This document shows, in pieces, positions 11,864 through 23,896 of a stretch of DNA of 64,000 nt. The DNA lies in the NCBI GenBank assembly GCA_010093995.1, contig ML992505.1, positions 1,718,670 through 1,782,669 of the forward strand. Direction: 5' to 3'. The position numbers and the translations under genes were made by a program. Source of the stretch: Elsinoe ampelina (Eukaryota). How positions within the stretch are numbered: the stretch's first letter is position 1; every line of letters begins with the position of its first letter. Below the pieces are notes generated by a model, which saw nothing but the letters and a program-made list of their open reading frames with translations, was not told the origin of the DNA and ran no database searches.

Positions 11864-13261
11864 CTATGGCGACATCCCAACCACCTGTCTCCTCACGGCC
11901 AGATGCACCTCGCTGTACGTACAAACCCTATTATGCCCACCGTTCTCCACCAACTCAACCGTGAACCTCGTCCCTCCCGGCCTCGCCTCAAGAGTCGTCG
12001 CTTTCCGCTCTTCCAGCTCAGGCGTCGCGGCCTGCCCAGTCACACCCTCCCATAACCCCCTGCTTTGACGCCAGCTGATATCCGCATCGTTGAAAGCGTG
12101 GATAATGTGCACCGCGCCGGCATCCCTGGCATCATCAGACCCCGGAACCTCGCTGGATGAGCGCACCTTCTCTGCCGCTGCAAAGTAGGCTTGTAGTCGC
12201 AGCAGAGTAGGCCATTGGTCTTTTATTCCCCAGTCTAGGATCGGGTGGAGGAAAGGGAACGGGCGCAGGGGGCCGAGGAGAGGGAGCACGCCGCCTGCTT
12301 TGTAGGTGAGGAGGAGGCGGGGGATGTTGATGAAGGGGGCGATGAGGGTTGTGCCTGCGAAGAGGATGGGGGCTTGCGAGGAAGGAGGCGGGGAGGAGGA
12401 GGGGGCTTTGGCGGCTTGGTAGGAGAGGGGGTCGATGGGGTTGGTGGAGTCGAGAGGGGGCGCGTCGGAGAGGGAGTTGTAGGATTTGGATTTGGAGGGG
12501 TCGGTTTGGGGGGTGAGCAGGGGTGTGGATGTTCCTGGTGAGGTGGAGATGGTGGATGGGAGGTGGGTGTTGCTGGGGTCAGCGAAGTAGAGGATGACGG
12601 CCGATGCAACGGCGGTGCCTAGGGATTGGCCGACGATGGAGATGCGGGAGGGAGGGATGTGGAGCGTATGCATTACGTAGTTGACGAGGGCGATGCCGTC
12701 GGTGATTAGTCCTGCTTCGGTGGGGTTGCCGGTAGAGTGACCGAAGCCTCTATAGTCGATGGTGATGGTGTGAGTGTTGGGGAGTGCGCAGCAGGAGCGA
12801 TACGTGTCGGTACGCCATCCTTGGGCTATATGTCCAGCGTTGCCATGGAAGGAGATGAGGACTTTCGCGGTAGGATCAGAGGTGAGAAGCTTCGTCGCCA
12901 ATGTTGAGTCCAGTGGAGCCTCTGTCAGTTCCGATCTGTGCTCTGCGTAGACATCGAGTGGTAGCACGTGCCACGCCGACAGGGTGATCCCATCTGGTGT
13001 AGGGATAGTAAAGGTCCGGACTTGATTTCGAGCAAATCCGAAAGTCGTTGGGTCGGATATGTTATGCCAGAAGGCGGAGTGTATCTTGTGAACATACAAA
13101 GCGCTGTCCTTTGGTCAGTATGAGTGTCATGGTTGGATGACATACACTTACTGTCGTTGCAGCCAAGGTATCAGAAGAAGTCCGACAAATATGATGTAGT
13201 AGAGCAGAATCAATAGAGCTGGTATGGCGACTGCCCATCGAGCGCCGGTCGATAATGCCAT
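11864..13261 (-). CDS. ABHD12-like membrane-anchored alpha/beta hydrolase
   Basis: N-terminal TM exon (MALSTGARWAVAIPALL..) joined by a 48-nt intron at 13104-13151. FHGNAG, IDYRGFGHSTG, GQSLG nucleophile, HAFNDADI, GGHN. Confidence 0.88.
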
Positions 13262-13944
13262 GCTGGCCCAAGATCTACACTAAACACATTGCCATTGGGC
13301 AGCAAGCGGAGAAGAAGATGAAGGGGATGGAGGTGGGCATGTAACGATGGTGGCGCAGGTGTGGCGTTTCTCGGAGAGGGCGGAGATGTGGGTCGTCTGC
13401 CTGGAGGTGGCGGAGATGACCGATTCAAAAATTCTCCTTCGGATTTTCCTGCTGTGTCCTTTTACTCCGAAGCTATCTACATCATGATTCCGCCCTTGTG
13501 GACTCATTCATCGTTCAAGCATGTATGCTGCAAATTCTGCAACGGTAAGTAGCTTGTGCATGTGACACGCGCAAGGCAGTCCTCTCAGCAAGAAGCTATT
13601 CAATCTCCATGCTGGTGTTCACATATTTTGTACCTTGCAAGATCAAATCAAGTCCTACGTTTGAGGCTTCCATTCCTCTCATGAGTGGTTCGCCATAGGT
13701 TAAGCGACACAACCTGTCATTTGCGCTCACAGTCCAGTTCAGCTGTTTCCGTATCGACACTGCGCGACATCATCGTTCTCGGGTGTACGAGTGAAGATAT
13801 CTTGGGGTTGTGTATAGATCTATCACTCTTCTATATAGGTAGGATGCCCGGTCTCGGTGCGGTTGTATTACAGCCTGCAGCTGCGAACGCAATGTGACGT
13901 GTTCTGTGCTTTTCTCGCCGTCCGTTCCACTGATGTAATTAATA

Positions 13945-15653
13945 TCAAAGTCTCCACACAAGCAGAGCCGATACCAGAGCCGAGATCACCGCCAATCCGA
14001 ATAGCCAGAGGATATTCCCTACTGGATCCGAGATGCCTGCAACGTCCAAGATCAGGAACAAAAGGCTCGAGAATGCCGTGGTCAAGATCTGGGGTGATGC
14101 TATGAAAGTATTGTGTGCACCGATGAGTACGCCAGATCTTGGCTCCAGCGCAGCTCCCTTCCTCTTCTCCTCTATTTGTATAACTTCTTCGTTTGCAAAT
14201 ACGAATGGCACCCATGCGGATACGCACCAGCAGAGTCCATTCAGACCGATCGCGATGATGATGAGGAGTCGTGATTGGAAGAACGAGGTCGATAGAAAGA
14301 CGGCGAAGAGAATCTGTGCGACTGCCCAGAGAGTCTGGAGGCTTCGAAGTTCGGACTTGGATCTTTCTCGCTCAAATGACGGTCCTGACTTGCTAGAAGA
14401 GGTAGATATCTTATAAATAAGCGCCGGTAGAATCAGCGACATGATGAAAGCCACCACAGACTGATTGAACAGCGCTGTGGCTCCAGAAGGGGTACAATTC
14501 GAGTTGTCTACATTGTCAGAAGCTGCTGACGCACTTGAGCAACCTGAAAAGTCAGTCTTGATCCCATGCAGATTGGATATCCGTACCTAAAGAATCGATG
14601 AAGCTACAACTTGTCAGTACTGTAGATGAAACTTGTCGAGTGAGATGCTTACCTAGTGATCTGGACAAGTACAGGATACCAAGCAAACCACGAGAAGAAT
14701 TGTGCAAAGTAAATTCTTCTCAGTCGAGGCGACATGAGCTTCCATGTTGCGAACATGCCTTGACTGGGCTCTTCGTTCTCCACGATAACACTCCGCTTGC
14801 CCGCTACCTTTACAGTGTAGGATGTAACGCCAACGGATAGGACAACAACAACGACGCTGAGGTTGACCAACGCCTGGAGGTGAGTGGGACCGAGCAGTAC
14901 CTTCTCCGTCATGCTTGATGCTGCAGCCAGATAAGCTATGATTGCCGCCACATGATTGACCCTGCTTGACCATGCGTTCGCTTCGACTTGCTGCGTCTCA
15001 TTCACTTCGTCCACAATCAGCGCCCGCAGACCTGATTGCACCGGCTGTACGCTGATATTGAGCGCTATGAAGAAGAAGATGACCAGTGCTTGTGAAGCTT
15101 TAACGACTGCTGGATCGTTCATGGGCTTATCCCGACCAGAAATCAGACCAGCCAGATTTGGCGTCCAGGCGTAGCCCAGCAGAGATAGCACTGTCGCGAG
15201 GCCTCCGAAGAAGACGAATGGCAGTCTCGTGCGCCGGGCATCACTCCATCTGCCGAACAAAGGCTGTACGAACGCACCACAAGCAGGAGGTATAAACCAG
15301 ACCAGAGTTGAGACCGTCTGGCTTATGCCCAGCGATCTGAAGTATGACTGGACAACAAGAATCAGTATTCTTTCAGGACTGACGGTTCCCAGCCTTACCA
15401 CTCCTGTCGAGAATTGTACCGAGAAAGCTACTTGCACCCTGAGACTTTCAACATACTGTATGCAAGCAAGGCTTTCAACAACTTACCCTGCCATACCGAG
15501 TACCAACTTGACGAGGAACCATCGTCCGCGGTACGGCGGTGCGTCCTTGTTGTCATGCTGTGGAAGCAAGGCGTCTGTTTCGGTAGCTGCACTTGCCAGG
15601 GGATTTGTTGTCGAAGGCTGCTGGAGGCCATCTCGCCCCGAATCGCCTGCCAT
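13945..15653 (-). CDS. Sucrose/alpha-glucoside:H+ symporter (SUT/SLC45-like MFS)
   Basis: VWFIPPACGAFVQPLFGRWSD, RLPFV, NISVQPVQSGLRALIVD, QFFSWFAWYP, GAHNTFIASPQI. Multi-exon, including a 17-nt microexon at 14587-14603. Confidence 0.85.
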
Positions 15654-16114
15654 GACCAACGTCGATGATGTGAGTGGCGAAGAGTCCAAGCCTATGATCA
15701 ACAAGAGTGTCAAGAAGGGATGTGCTTGATTGTGCAAGCCCTACTTATCAAAAGTAATCAAGGCAGACCAGATTCGGTCAGCGATGGTGTCAATTCGCCG
15801 GACTTTCCGAGCAGCTGCTGAATGGCTGGGATCTCGGAGAGTCATGCACCTTGTCAGTGTATGAGACGCTGTTGACGAAGGCCGCGATATCTTCGAGGAC
15901 AACCACACGTTCTACAAAGGTACCTACAGCCATGCAGAGGGGTGGCACACCAAAACAATGTCATGACATCAAGACATAGTTGTACGGGCGGCCAAAACCT
16001 CGAGTCCGCAGTACCACGGTGCTCCAGATCTGCAGTGCTTTTTCGACTTCAACCGTGAATGACCCAGAAGCATGAGCCAGTCTCTACATCTATCATGGAC
16101 TTCTCGTAACCCGA

Positions 16115-17659
16115 ATGGCTGAGAAAAGGAAGGCTGGTCGGCCGCCGAAAGGCGCTTCTGGCCCAGCGAAGAAGACACGTCTTTCTTCACAAGTCAAACT
16201 GGAGACACCAGAGAAGGAACCGACACCACAAACTCCAGCCGAAGAGGAAGAGGTGAAGCCAGCGCTCCTTCCCAATAAGATTTCCGACAGACGACCTCTG
16301 CCGACCTTACCGTCTGTGCAGGCTACAGATCTTGCCAATGATGAGTACCAGTCCATCGAAAGCAGCGCGGTCCTCGCATCGTCCTTGGAACGCACCAGGC
16401 AGAGATGGGCATCTGGAGACTTCTTTGAGAGATACTGGTTCAAAACGTCTGGCAGAAAGGATGCGCCAAAGGCTGTCCCCGCTGGGAACCCATTGAAGCA
16501 GTGGATGAAGCTTCTCGGGCCATGCACCATCATCATCGAGCCTATGATTTTCGAGGCACTCTTCTACATCAGCCATGAACCCGAACTCACACAAGCGACG
16601 AAAGAGAAAAACGCGGGCTATCAGTCGCAGCAGCAACACAATACTGCAAGTCCATATGGCGCCCCTTACAGTGCGCAAGGCGCGCCTCAGACAAGTTATG
16701 CCGCAACTGGACGACCACAACCACCACCTCCATACACGAATGGCCGGCCGCATCAACCTGTAGCTTCTACGCAGCAGGCGCCCGCTCCCGCGTCTGCGCC
16801 TCCGCCAAAGCAGTCACCCGATCCCGTCATTCAGCTGCTGGCTTCGCGCGCCGCGACTGACTCAAACTTGAAAGAGCTGATGAAAATCGTGGCTACAGGG
16901 TCGGCGACTCCTGAGCAGCTTAAGACTTTCCAAGGGCACATAGACGAGCTCAATGCAATCGTCGCAGCACAAAACCCACCTCCCGCGCCAGCAGCACCCG
17001 CCACCATTCCTCAAGCACCTCCGCCGGCTCCAAAGCCGAGTCATCTACCGATCAAACAGCGAGCAGTCACAACTCCGAGATATCCGCTTGTGTTTGAGTT
17101 GATCAATGTTTCAGGAGCTACTGGCGATCGATTCAGGTTTCCACAGCACAGTATCATCGAGAGCCTGGGTCAACATTCAATGCTCGCATCTTTCCTGGTC
17201 TTCGGGAAGGGTAAAGAGGCAGCCGACCCTAGTCTATATGATCCTAACACAGAATACTTCGAGCCCATCACGGTCAAGATCGACTTTCCGATGGGTTCCA
17301 AGCTTCAGGATGACATCAAGAAAAGTGTCCTACCAGCTGCGGAGGTGCGTACATGGATGGAAGATCAGATACGTGCAAAGAAGAGGGCACCAATACGATA
17401 CTTACCATTACGGTTGCCACACAAGAGTCAACTCACAGAGTCGGAAGAAGAGTCGGAACCTTTACCCTTACCGGTTGAAGTCAAGAAGCGACCATACAAG
17501 AGGAAGTCTGAGAAGGAAGAGGCTGCTTCGCCAGCACCTCCACCGCCGCCGCCAGCGCCAGTAGCTGCACCCGCACCATTACCGGTGAACAGCACTACCG
17601 AAGGGCTGCGACGTACATCTAGAAGAAGCACGAGGATGAGTGATGCCATAGCCACATGA
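16115..17659 (+). CDS. SWC3: SWR1 chromatin-remodelling complex subunit Swc3-like
   Basis: N-terminal AT-hook-like KRKAGRPPK, YQSIESSAVLASSLERTRQRW..FERYW, DPVIQLLASRAATD..LKELMKIVATG.AT.EQL, GDRFRFP. Confidence 0.8.
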   Translation: MAEKRKAGRPPKGASGPAKKTRLSSQVKLETPEKEPTPQTPAEEEEVKPALLPNKISDRRPLPTLPSVQATDLANDEYQSIESSAVLASSLERTRQRWASGDFFERYWFKTSGRKDAPKAVPAGNPLKQWMKLLGPCTIIIEPMIFEALFYISHEPELTQATKEKNAGYQSQQQHNTASPYGAPYSAQGAPQTSYAATGRPQPPPPYTNGRPHQPVASTQQAPAPASAPPPKQSPDPVIQLLASRAATDSNLKELMKIVATGSATPEQLKTFQGHIDELNAIVAAQNPPPAPAAPATIPQAPPPAPKPSHLPIKQRAVTTPRYPLVFELINVSGATGDRFRFPQHSIIESLGQHSMLASFLVFGKGKEAADPSLYDPNTEYFEPITVKIDFPMGSKLQDDIKKSVLPAAEVRTWMEDQIRAKKRAPIRYLPLRLPHKSQLTESEEESEPLPLPVEVKKRPYKRKSEKEEAASPAPPPPPPAPVAAPAPLPVNSTTEGLRRTSRRSTRMSDAIAT

Positions 17660-17860
17660 TACCCACTTGAGCGATTGAAATAGCGTAGCAGAATCCATTG
17701 AGAAAACTATTCCACACTGCCGTCATGTACTTGATCATCTCACCTACAAGATATACCGGAGTGTCGCAGCCAATCAGATGTCTGGATTTGCGGAGGTCTT
17801 GACTTCAACTTTTTTGCTCCCCGTCAACATCCGTTCGTCCCCGACTAGCACTCCGATCCT

Positions 17861-19393
17861 ATGCGTGGCTTTACCTTGTCGGCCAGATCAATAGCGGCCT
17901 CGGTTCAGCCCTCGATATGTCTGAGGTGTGCATACGGCATTCAACGCGGTTCGTCGAAGGCCGCGGTCCGCACGATCACATCCTCGACCCGCAGAAATCA
18001 AATTACTGCACCAGCTATTGGTCGCACATACTTCTTCGCCAATGACCGTAATAGCAAAAGTCAGGAGCTGGGCTCAGATACAAACCGGAAGGACAAAATA
18101 TCGGAAGTCACAGAGAGGATTCAGCCGAGCGATACCAGGCACAATGTCGAGAGGTCAAATCCTTTGACAGTCCCCGAGGCTGTATCACAACCACGTCTTC
18201 GTCGGCGGGACAGATTAAAACGGGAAGGACAAGCTGGTTCAGATGGCGCCCTGGCGCCGCTACCACTGGATGCATCTTCTGCACTTTCTTCACTAGCAAA
18301 CTCGGCTCCTCCGATGTCCTTGAAACGGCGAGCTCTTGCGTTTCTATCTTTGACGAAGCCTAGGCTGGCTACTCTCATTGTACTGACTACTACGGCCTCA
18401 TACTCCCTATACCCTGTACCATCCTTATTATCTGTGTCGGCGACTCAGACGCCATCCTTGTCCACTCTTACCCTGACCTTCCTCACTACTGGCACTTTCG
18501 CAACTGTGGCCAGCGCAAATGCTTTAAACATGCTCTTTGAGCCGGCCCATGACGCTAAAATGTCCCGGACCCGCAACAGGCCTATCGTAAGAGGTCTTGT
18601 GTCCAAAAGAGCAGCTCTGGTCTTCGCCATTCTGACGGCTGTGGCGGGGACTGGCATTCTCTGGATCGGGGTGAACCCTACCACTGCCGTCCTTGGAGCT
18701 TCGAACATAGTGCTTTATGCTTTTGTATACACCCCGATGAAGCGCTTGAGCATCCTCAACACCTGGGCCGGTGCTGTAGTCGGTGCGATCCCACCACTAA
18801 TGGGCTGGACGGCAGCGGGAGGACATTATCTCACGACTCCCACCACGCCAGGGTCGACTACTACCTTTCAGGCTCTCAAGGACGAGGCTTCAGCTCTCCT
18901 CTTCACACCTGATGCCACTGGCGGCTGGCTCCTGGCTGCGCTTCTCTTCGCATGGCAATTCCCACACTTCAACGCCCTTTCTTACCCGATCCGGCACGAG
19001 TATGCTAATGCAGGATACAAAATGGCGGTATCATTCTACCCCAAACTAAATGCCAGAGTAGCCTTACGATATTCGATGGCTATGTTCCCCATCTGTGCTG
19101 GACTCACATATTACGGAATCACGGATAAAGGTTTTCTCGTCACGAGCACTGCGGCAAATGCCTGGATGCTGAAGGAAGCTTGGCGTTTCTGGAGAACTGG
19201 AGGAGGAGAGACGCCGCAAGCGGCCAAGGCTGCACGGGGCTTGTTCTGGGCAAGCGTGTGGCATTTGCCTCTTGTTCTGGTGTTTGCTATGGCACAGAAG
19301 AGGGGGTTGTGGAGCGGGGTATGGAGGAGCTTGGTAGGAGAGGAAGAGGATGAGTGGGATGATGAGGAAGACACAGATCATATGACAGGCTGA
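17861..19393 (+). CDS. COX10: Mitochondrial protoheme IX farnesyltransferase (heme O synthase)
   Basis: Mitochondrial-type presequence, LTKPRL, SANALNM.FEP.HDAKMSRTRNRP, YTPMKR, NTWAGAVVGAIPPLMGW, WQFPHF. Confidence 0.95.
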   Translation: MRGFTLSARSIAASVQPSICLRCAYGIQRGSSKAAVRTITSSTRRNQITAPAIGRTYFFANDRNSKSQELGSDTNRKDKISEVTERIQPSDTRHNVERSNPLTVPEAVSQPRLRRRDRLKREGQAGSDGALAPLPLDASSALSSLANSAPPMSLKRRALAFLSLTKPRLATLIVLTTTASYSLYPVPSLLSVSATQTPSLSTLTLTFLTTGTFATVASANALNMLFEPAHDAKMSRTRNRPIVRGLVSKRAALVFAILTAVAGTGILWIGVNPTTAVLGASNIVLYAFVYTPMKRLSILNTWAGAVVGAIPPLMGWTAAGGHYLTTPTTPGSTTTFQALKDEASALLFTPDATGGWLLAALLFAWQFPHFNALSYPIRHEYANAGYKMAVSFYPKLNARVALRYSMAMFPICAGLTYYGITDKGFLVTSTAANAWMLKEAWRFWRTGGGETPQAAKAARGLFWASVWHLPLVLVFAMAQKRGLWSGVWRSLVGEEEDEWDDEEDTDHMTG

Positions 19394-19801
19394 ATGGCAT
19401 TGCGTTTCAATGGGTGAGAAGTGGCTTCGTGAAGTGGTTTGGAAGTTCTTAGTGTCATCGTGTCTTCATAAGGGGTGCTTCTAATGCGCACTGGGGGATG
19501 GTACTCAGGGAGTATTATCGCTCTTCTCTCGGTCTCTCGGTCAGTATCAGAGGCCTCCTTCACCGGCATCAGGAAGGCAAGGAAGTTTTTGTGAACAGGT
19601 GGTATTGTTCCTCTTTAATCTCCATGGCCAAGAGGTCCTACCAAGGTGGTCTGGAATTGTCTGGTAGTATTTCTGCCGCACAAGTTTACGTAAGCCGGTT
19701 TGGCCACATGTTTGCCTTCTTCCACACGGTTCAAATTTCTTTACCTTTCACCTTCCACCATTCACAATCTCCTTCACAAGCCTGATATCTGTAACTCGAC
19801 C

Positions 19802-21523
19802 ATGGCCGAAAGAGCCGCTGGTCGTCCAGTCACACGGATTCTGAACGCGGCGCTATGGCAAGAATTCAAGGAAAACTTTCACAAGGGCGACCTCCCCGAT
19901 CTCACGGAGTTAGACAAAGCGGTGGAGCAGTTGAAGAATCCATCACCAGAGATATTCGATCGCACCAAGGTTGCCGAGCTCAAGAAGCTTCCTTGGGCCA
20001 CAGCAGAATGCCGCCACCTTGCAGTCTCATACATGGCTGGAGGATTTCAGCAGCTCATTCTCGCCATGTACGAGAGCGGTAAGTATTCACATCGCAAGAT
20101 ACAAGTCTCGGCTTACCATTGTGCAGATCACAACATCCACATGGAGGCTCAGCTGCCGATTGTGATTCATGATACCAGCTATGATGATTACTTCGCAAAG
20201 ATGGTGATAGTCCGCAGCCACATTGACGATGACTTCTTTGAATGTCTGCTCAAAGGGAAACCGAGTGGTAGGTCATGCTTCCAAGTGCGCACTTGTCAAG
20301 GCTGATGAATATCAGAATACCTCCTCAACCGAGCCAACGAGCACCGTCTCCCTACCAGTCTGGGCAAGGGAATCCACAATGTCGATAGCCGCCCAGAAGT
20401 CTACATGTACATCCTCAGCGACTCACAAGGCAAGGGTGCATCGGTCGGTGAATGGGAAGCAGTCCTAGGTCACATGACGAGCGAAGCGAATGGTACCGAC
20501 TTTGCTGATCGTGAGCGCCGCAGAGTCAAGCAGTGGATTTTGGACATGCAGAAGTCTATCGACAGCTTCAAGAAGACTTGCATACAACAGCATCCCGATC
20601 AAGACGCCACACAGGCCAAGCTACCATGGGATGTGACTACCATTGGCTGTACACTTGTCCCTCACGACGACCGGGACTATCACGATGCTACGGCAAACAA
20701 GCACGCTCTACCTGTCTTGGTGGATTCTGGCTTTGCGCGCGTCCGTGCAGGTCTGGGCTACAAACTTCGCTACAGGTCCATTTGCCTCGTCACCGACCCT
20801 GATATGCTGGTCTGGTACGAGCACTTCTTCTCGCACCTAGGCGGAGCTTACTACTTCTATGGAGGACTGTCGGAAGAATGGGCTGGCAGGTCTATGGACC
20901 TCATTGATACAGGCAAGCACGCAAAGGGTTTCGAACGAAACTTGGACTGGTTCGAAGACCAAGAGTGGCCGTTGGACGTGGTGAGGAGACTGTTAGCAGA
21001 CAAGCAGAATCAGACTCGGCTCCGCAGGCCATGGGTCCCCTATCTGGATACACTATGGACTATGAAGCTCATGATCAAAAAGGCCAAAGAGATCCACAGT
21101 CTAGACTTGACAGCCGACGAGGACATCGAAAAGGCGTTGAGCCTCACGGACAACGACTTCGCAGACATTAAAGTCTCCGCCGTTGGAAAGCATCGCTACC
21201 CCGAAGAGAACACCGAAACACTCAAGCAGCTGATCGACATGATGATAGACATGGGATGGTGCTCCGAGAGCATGCAGGACGCGATTCACACATGTCGTGT
21301 GAACAAAGATGCGGTGTTCGAGTGTCCGCAGCCTACGGGAGAAGATTTGGAACGTGGAGTGCCGCGCATCAATTTCACTGACAGGGGATCCAACGGAGAG
21401 TCTGGCTCGTCCGTGCAGAGCAATGCGGCTGATGGTGACGTTCATGGGGATGTTGGTGAGGGAGAAAGCAGCAAGGGTGAGATTTTGGAGGGGATTCCAT
21501 ATCGGCCCGCCGACTCGTCATAG
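19802..21523 (+). CDS. Hypothetical protein (~540 aa) with a possible degenerate GIY-YIG-like region
   Basis: Two 48-nt GT-AG introns (20079-20126, 20268-20315) join the ORFs in frame. Typical coding-like composition. Confidence 0.7.
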
Positions 21524-21710
21524 TCTCATGAGCCGGGAAGAGGTGCAGTGGTCAGAGCACAGCGTTGTCCAATGTGGCTTTACGAATCAGGCGATGCTCC
21601 AAAATGAACAAGGGAAGTAAGTTGCAGCAAGACTAGCATAGCATGGATCGATCATGAGAATCGCATGCACTTAGACTCTGAAAAACTTCATCGGGCAGCA
21701 TGCATTCCTC

Positions 21711-22121
21711 TCACCTGACACTCAGCTCCTTCACCTCCGTCACAGCCTCCACGAAGTCCGCCCCCCATTCCTTCATCATTACAATCGTCTCCTCTATACT
21801 CATCACTAGCTTCAGCCTCCCAAGATGCTCCGGTCCCTGAAGCTCACTCTCATACCTCAAAACCCATACCCCCTTCCCATCCTCCAACCAGCCATACACA
21901 ATGACTTTCCCATCTTGGCCCCCTGGACTCCACCGTCGGGTATCCAATCTTCTCTACTCGACCACCGCTCCACCCCCGTCCGGCCAAGGCGACGGCAGAC
22001 TTCGTCTTCTCGTTCGACTGAAGTATTGTAGAGCTGAAGAGCGGATCGAAGTATCGCAAGATTGATGAGAGACATCATGAAATACTGGTACCTGAAAGCT
22101 TGTCTGGGAGTCTAGAGTCAT
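21711..22121 (-). pseudogene. 137-codon ORF interrupted by a single in-frame TAG (21954-21956)
   Basis: ATG at 22121 reads MTLDSQ..GAVVE*RRLDTRRW..YGWLEDGKGVWVL..MKEWGADFVEAVTEVKELSVR in one frame. The C-terminal half looks globular. Confidence 0.45.
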
Positions 22122-23896
22122 TTAGTGTCTGAACTGAAACAGGACGACAATAGCTGCCTTGACAAGCTGATGTTGGGATGATGAGCACTAGCTGAGCATT
22201 CATGACCTCTCCTACCAAGATCAAACATGCGGAATCATCTGATCCAACGTCCATATATGCAGGCCGCGGGCTTCATGGATCCTCGCGGCCCGGGAACGGC
22301 ACATAATGAGTCTTCTCCCAAGCCTCTCGTCTTTGGTCTGTAGACAGATTCTATTCTACAGTCCATGCTTAAATTGATATTCATTTCCTGCTTTAGTAGA
22401 CGTACCGACCGTAGCCTCAACCGGGTATCGCCCAGTCAGCGAAGGTGCCGCAAGTACCACCGAACATATTGCGGGCGCCAAATTGGAGAACGTTGAAGAT
22501 CGATAAGAAAACCGAACTGAAGGTGAGAAACAACAGGAACCCGAGATAGGTGCTCAGACGACACATGGCCACGGGTTTGCGTCGTGAAGAGGCGTCCCTT
22601 CGGATGGACCCTGGAGGCATGATGATGCGTGCCCTCAGAAAGGTGTCAGTTCCACCGCCGTATCATACGGGAATTGCATCCCGGAAGATGATGAGCAGAT
22701 TGCCAACGAAGTCGTTGCACGAGGAATGTCTTCTTATGCACTGTCGCTGAAACGATGATGTACTCGAGATCAGAACCTCGATGCTGAGTCAGCAGCTCGC
22801 ACCCAAATCCGGAAAAGGCCGAGGTCATTGCTCACAACTTGCTCCATCTCTCCTTTCCATGTTGCCAGATATGCTGTTACTGTCTCTCTTGTCAGGTCTC
22901 AGGAAGGCCAAGGAGGTGACTGGATATGTCGATGGGTCATTGCTACCATCAGAACGGCAACGTCTTGGTCATTTTCAGAGCCAGTGACCTCCTGGAAGAG
23001 CGTCTCGGTATACTCGGCAAGGATAGCAAGGAAATGAAGGCCGACCAGGTAACCTAGGCGTGCTCAGGCTACCCACAATTCGGTTGATCGCTCACTTGAT
23101 GTTACCGTCTAGAATCTTGGTGTTATGTCCTCTTTGAAGGCATTTCCCGAGACGTCGTCTGGCATTGTGGCATTAGCTTGTCAAAGGATCCTGCGATATC
23201 ATCTCATCAGATTTATGACAATGGAATTAGCAGCCAGGCCATGCATCTCTACTCGACTTCAAGCGAGAATCGTAGCGGAAGGCTGTCGTTCAGGGCGAAG
23301 AGCGTGAGTCTGTTTTGCATTTGTTGTCTTGCGTTCCCGCTATGATGCATTTGTGAAAGCAAGGTGGATTGGCGTGGCCTTGAAGGTCTTCTTCGTCGGG
23401 TCACAGGCGGATGTATCACGTGACCGGCCCGCATCTGATAATCTTATGTCTGATCGGACAAGATCTTCCCGCTTTCACGAACCACTTATCACAAAAGGAG
23501 ATCTTCATACCACCTTATCAACCTATTCTCAGCAATTTTGAGGACTTAATTCAAGTCGAAGCTTTAGCTGCGCGGATTACTTGGACAACAAAGGCTTTCA
23601 GGCCCTTGTCCGACGGCCATTCGCACCTCAAACAGTCCCTGGAAGCTACATCAGTGCATCCGATTGTCACCAGGATAACATTACGCGCCACGACGCGCAA
23701 TGGCCGCTCCGGGTAAGCCACTCCGTCCTTTCCTTCCATGAAGAGGGCCAAAGACCACCAATGCCGATCATCGTGCTTACTCTTCTGAGGTCCCTTTACG
23801 CTGCCAGAGCGTACCAAGACAACAAAGTCAAAGGAAACAATAGCCCGTCCCGCGCCCGGATCGACCACGTCTGCTATCCAGGTCACCGGCACCGAG

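Noticed and set aside
22235..23400. Short ORFs, one with a hydrophobic stretch (22417-22620)
   Set aside because: Under 70 aa and could not be joined by credible introns; possibly a remnant but unsupported.
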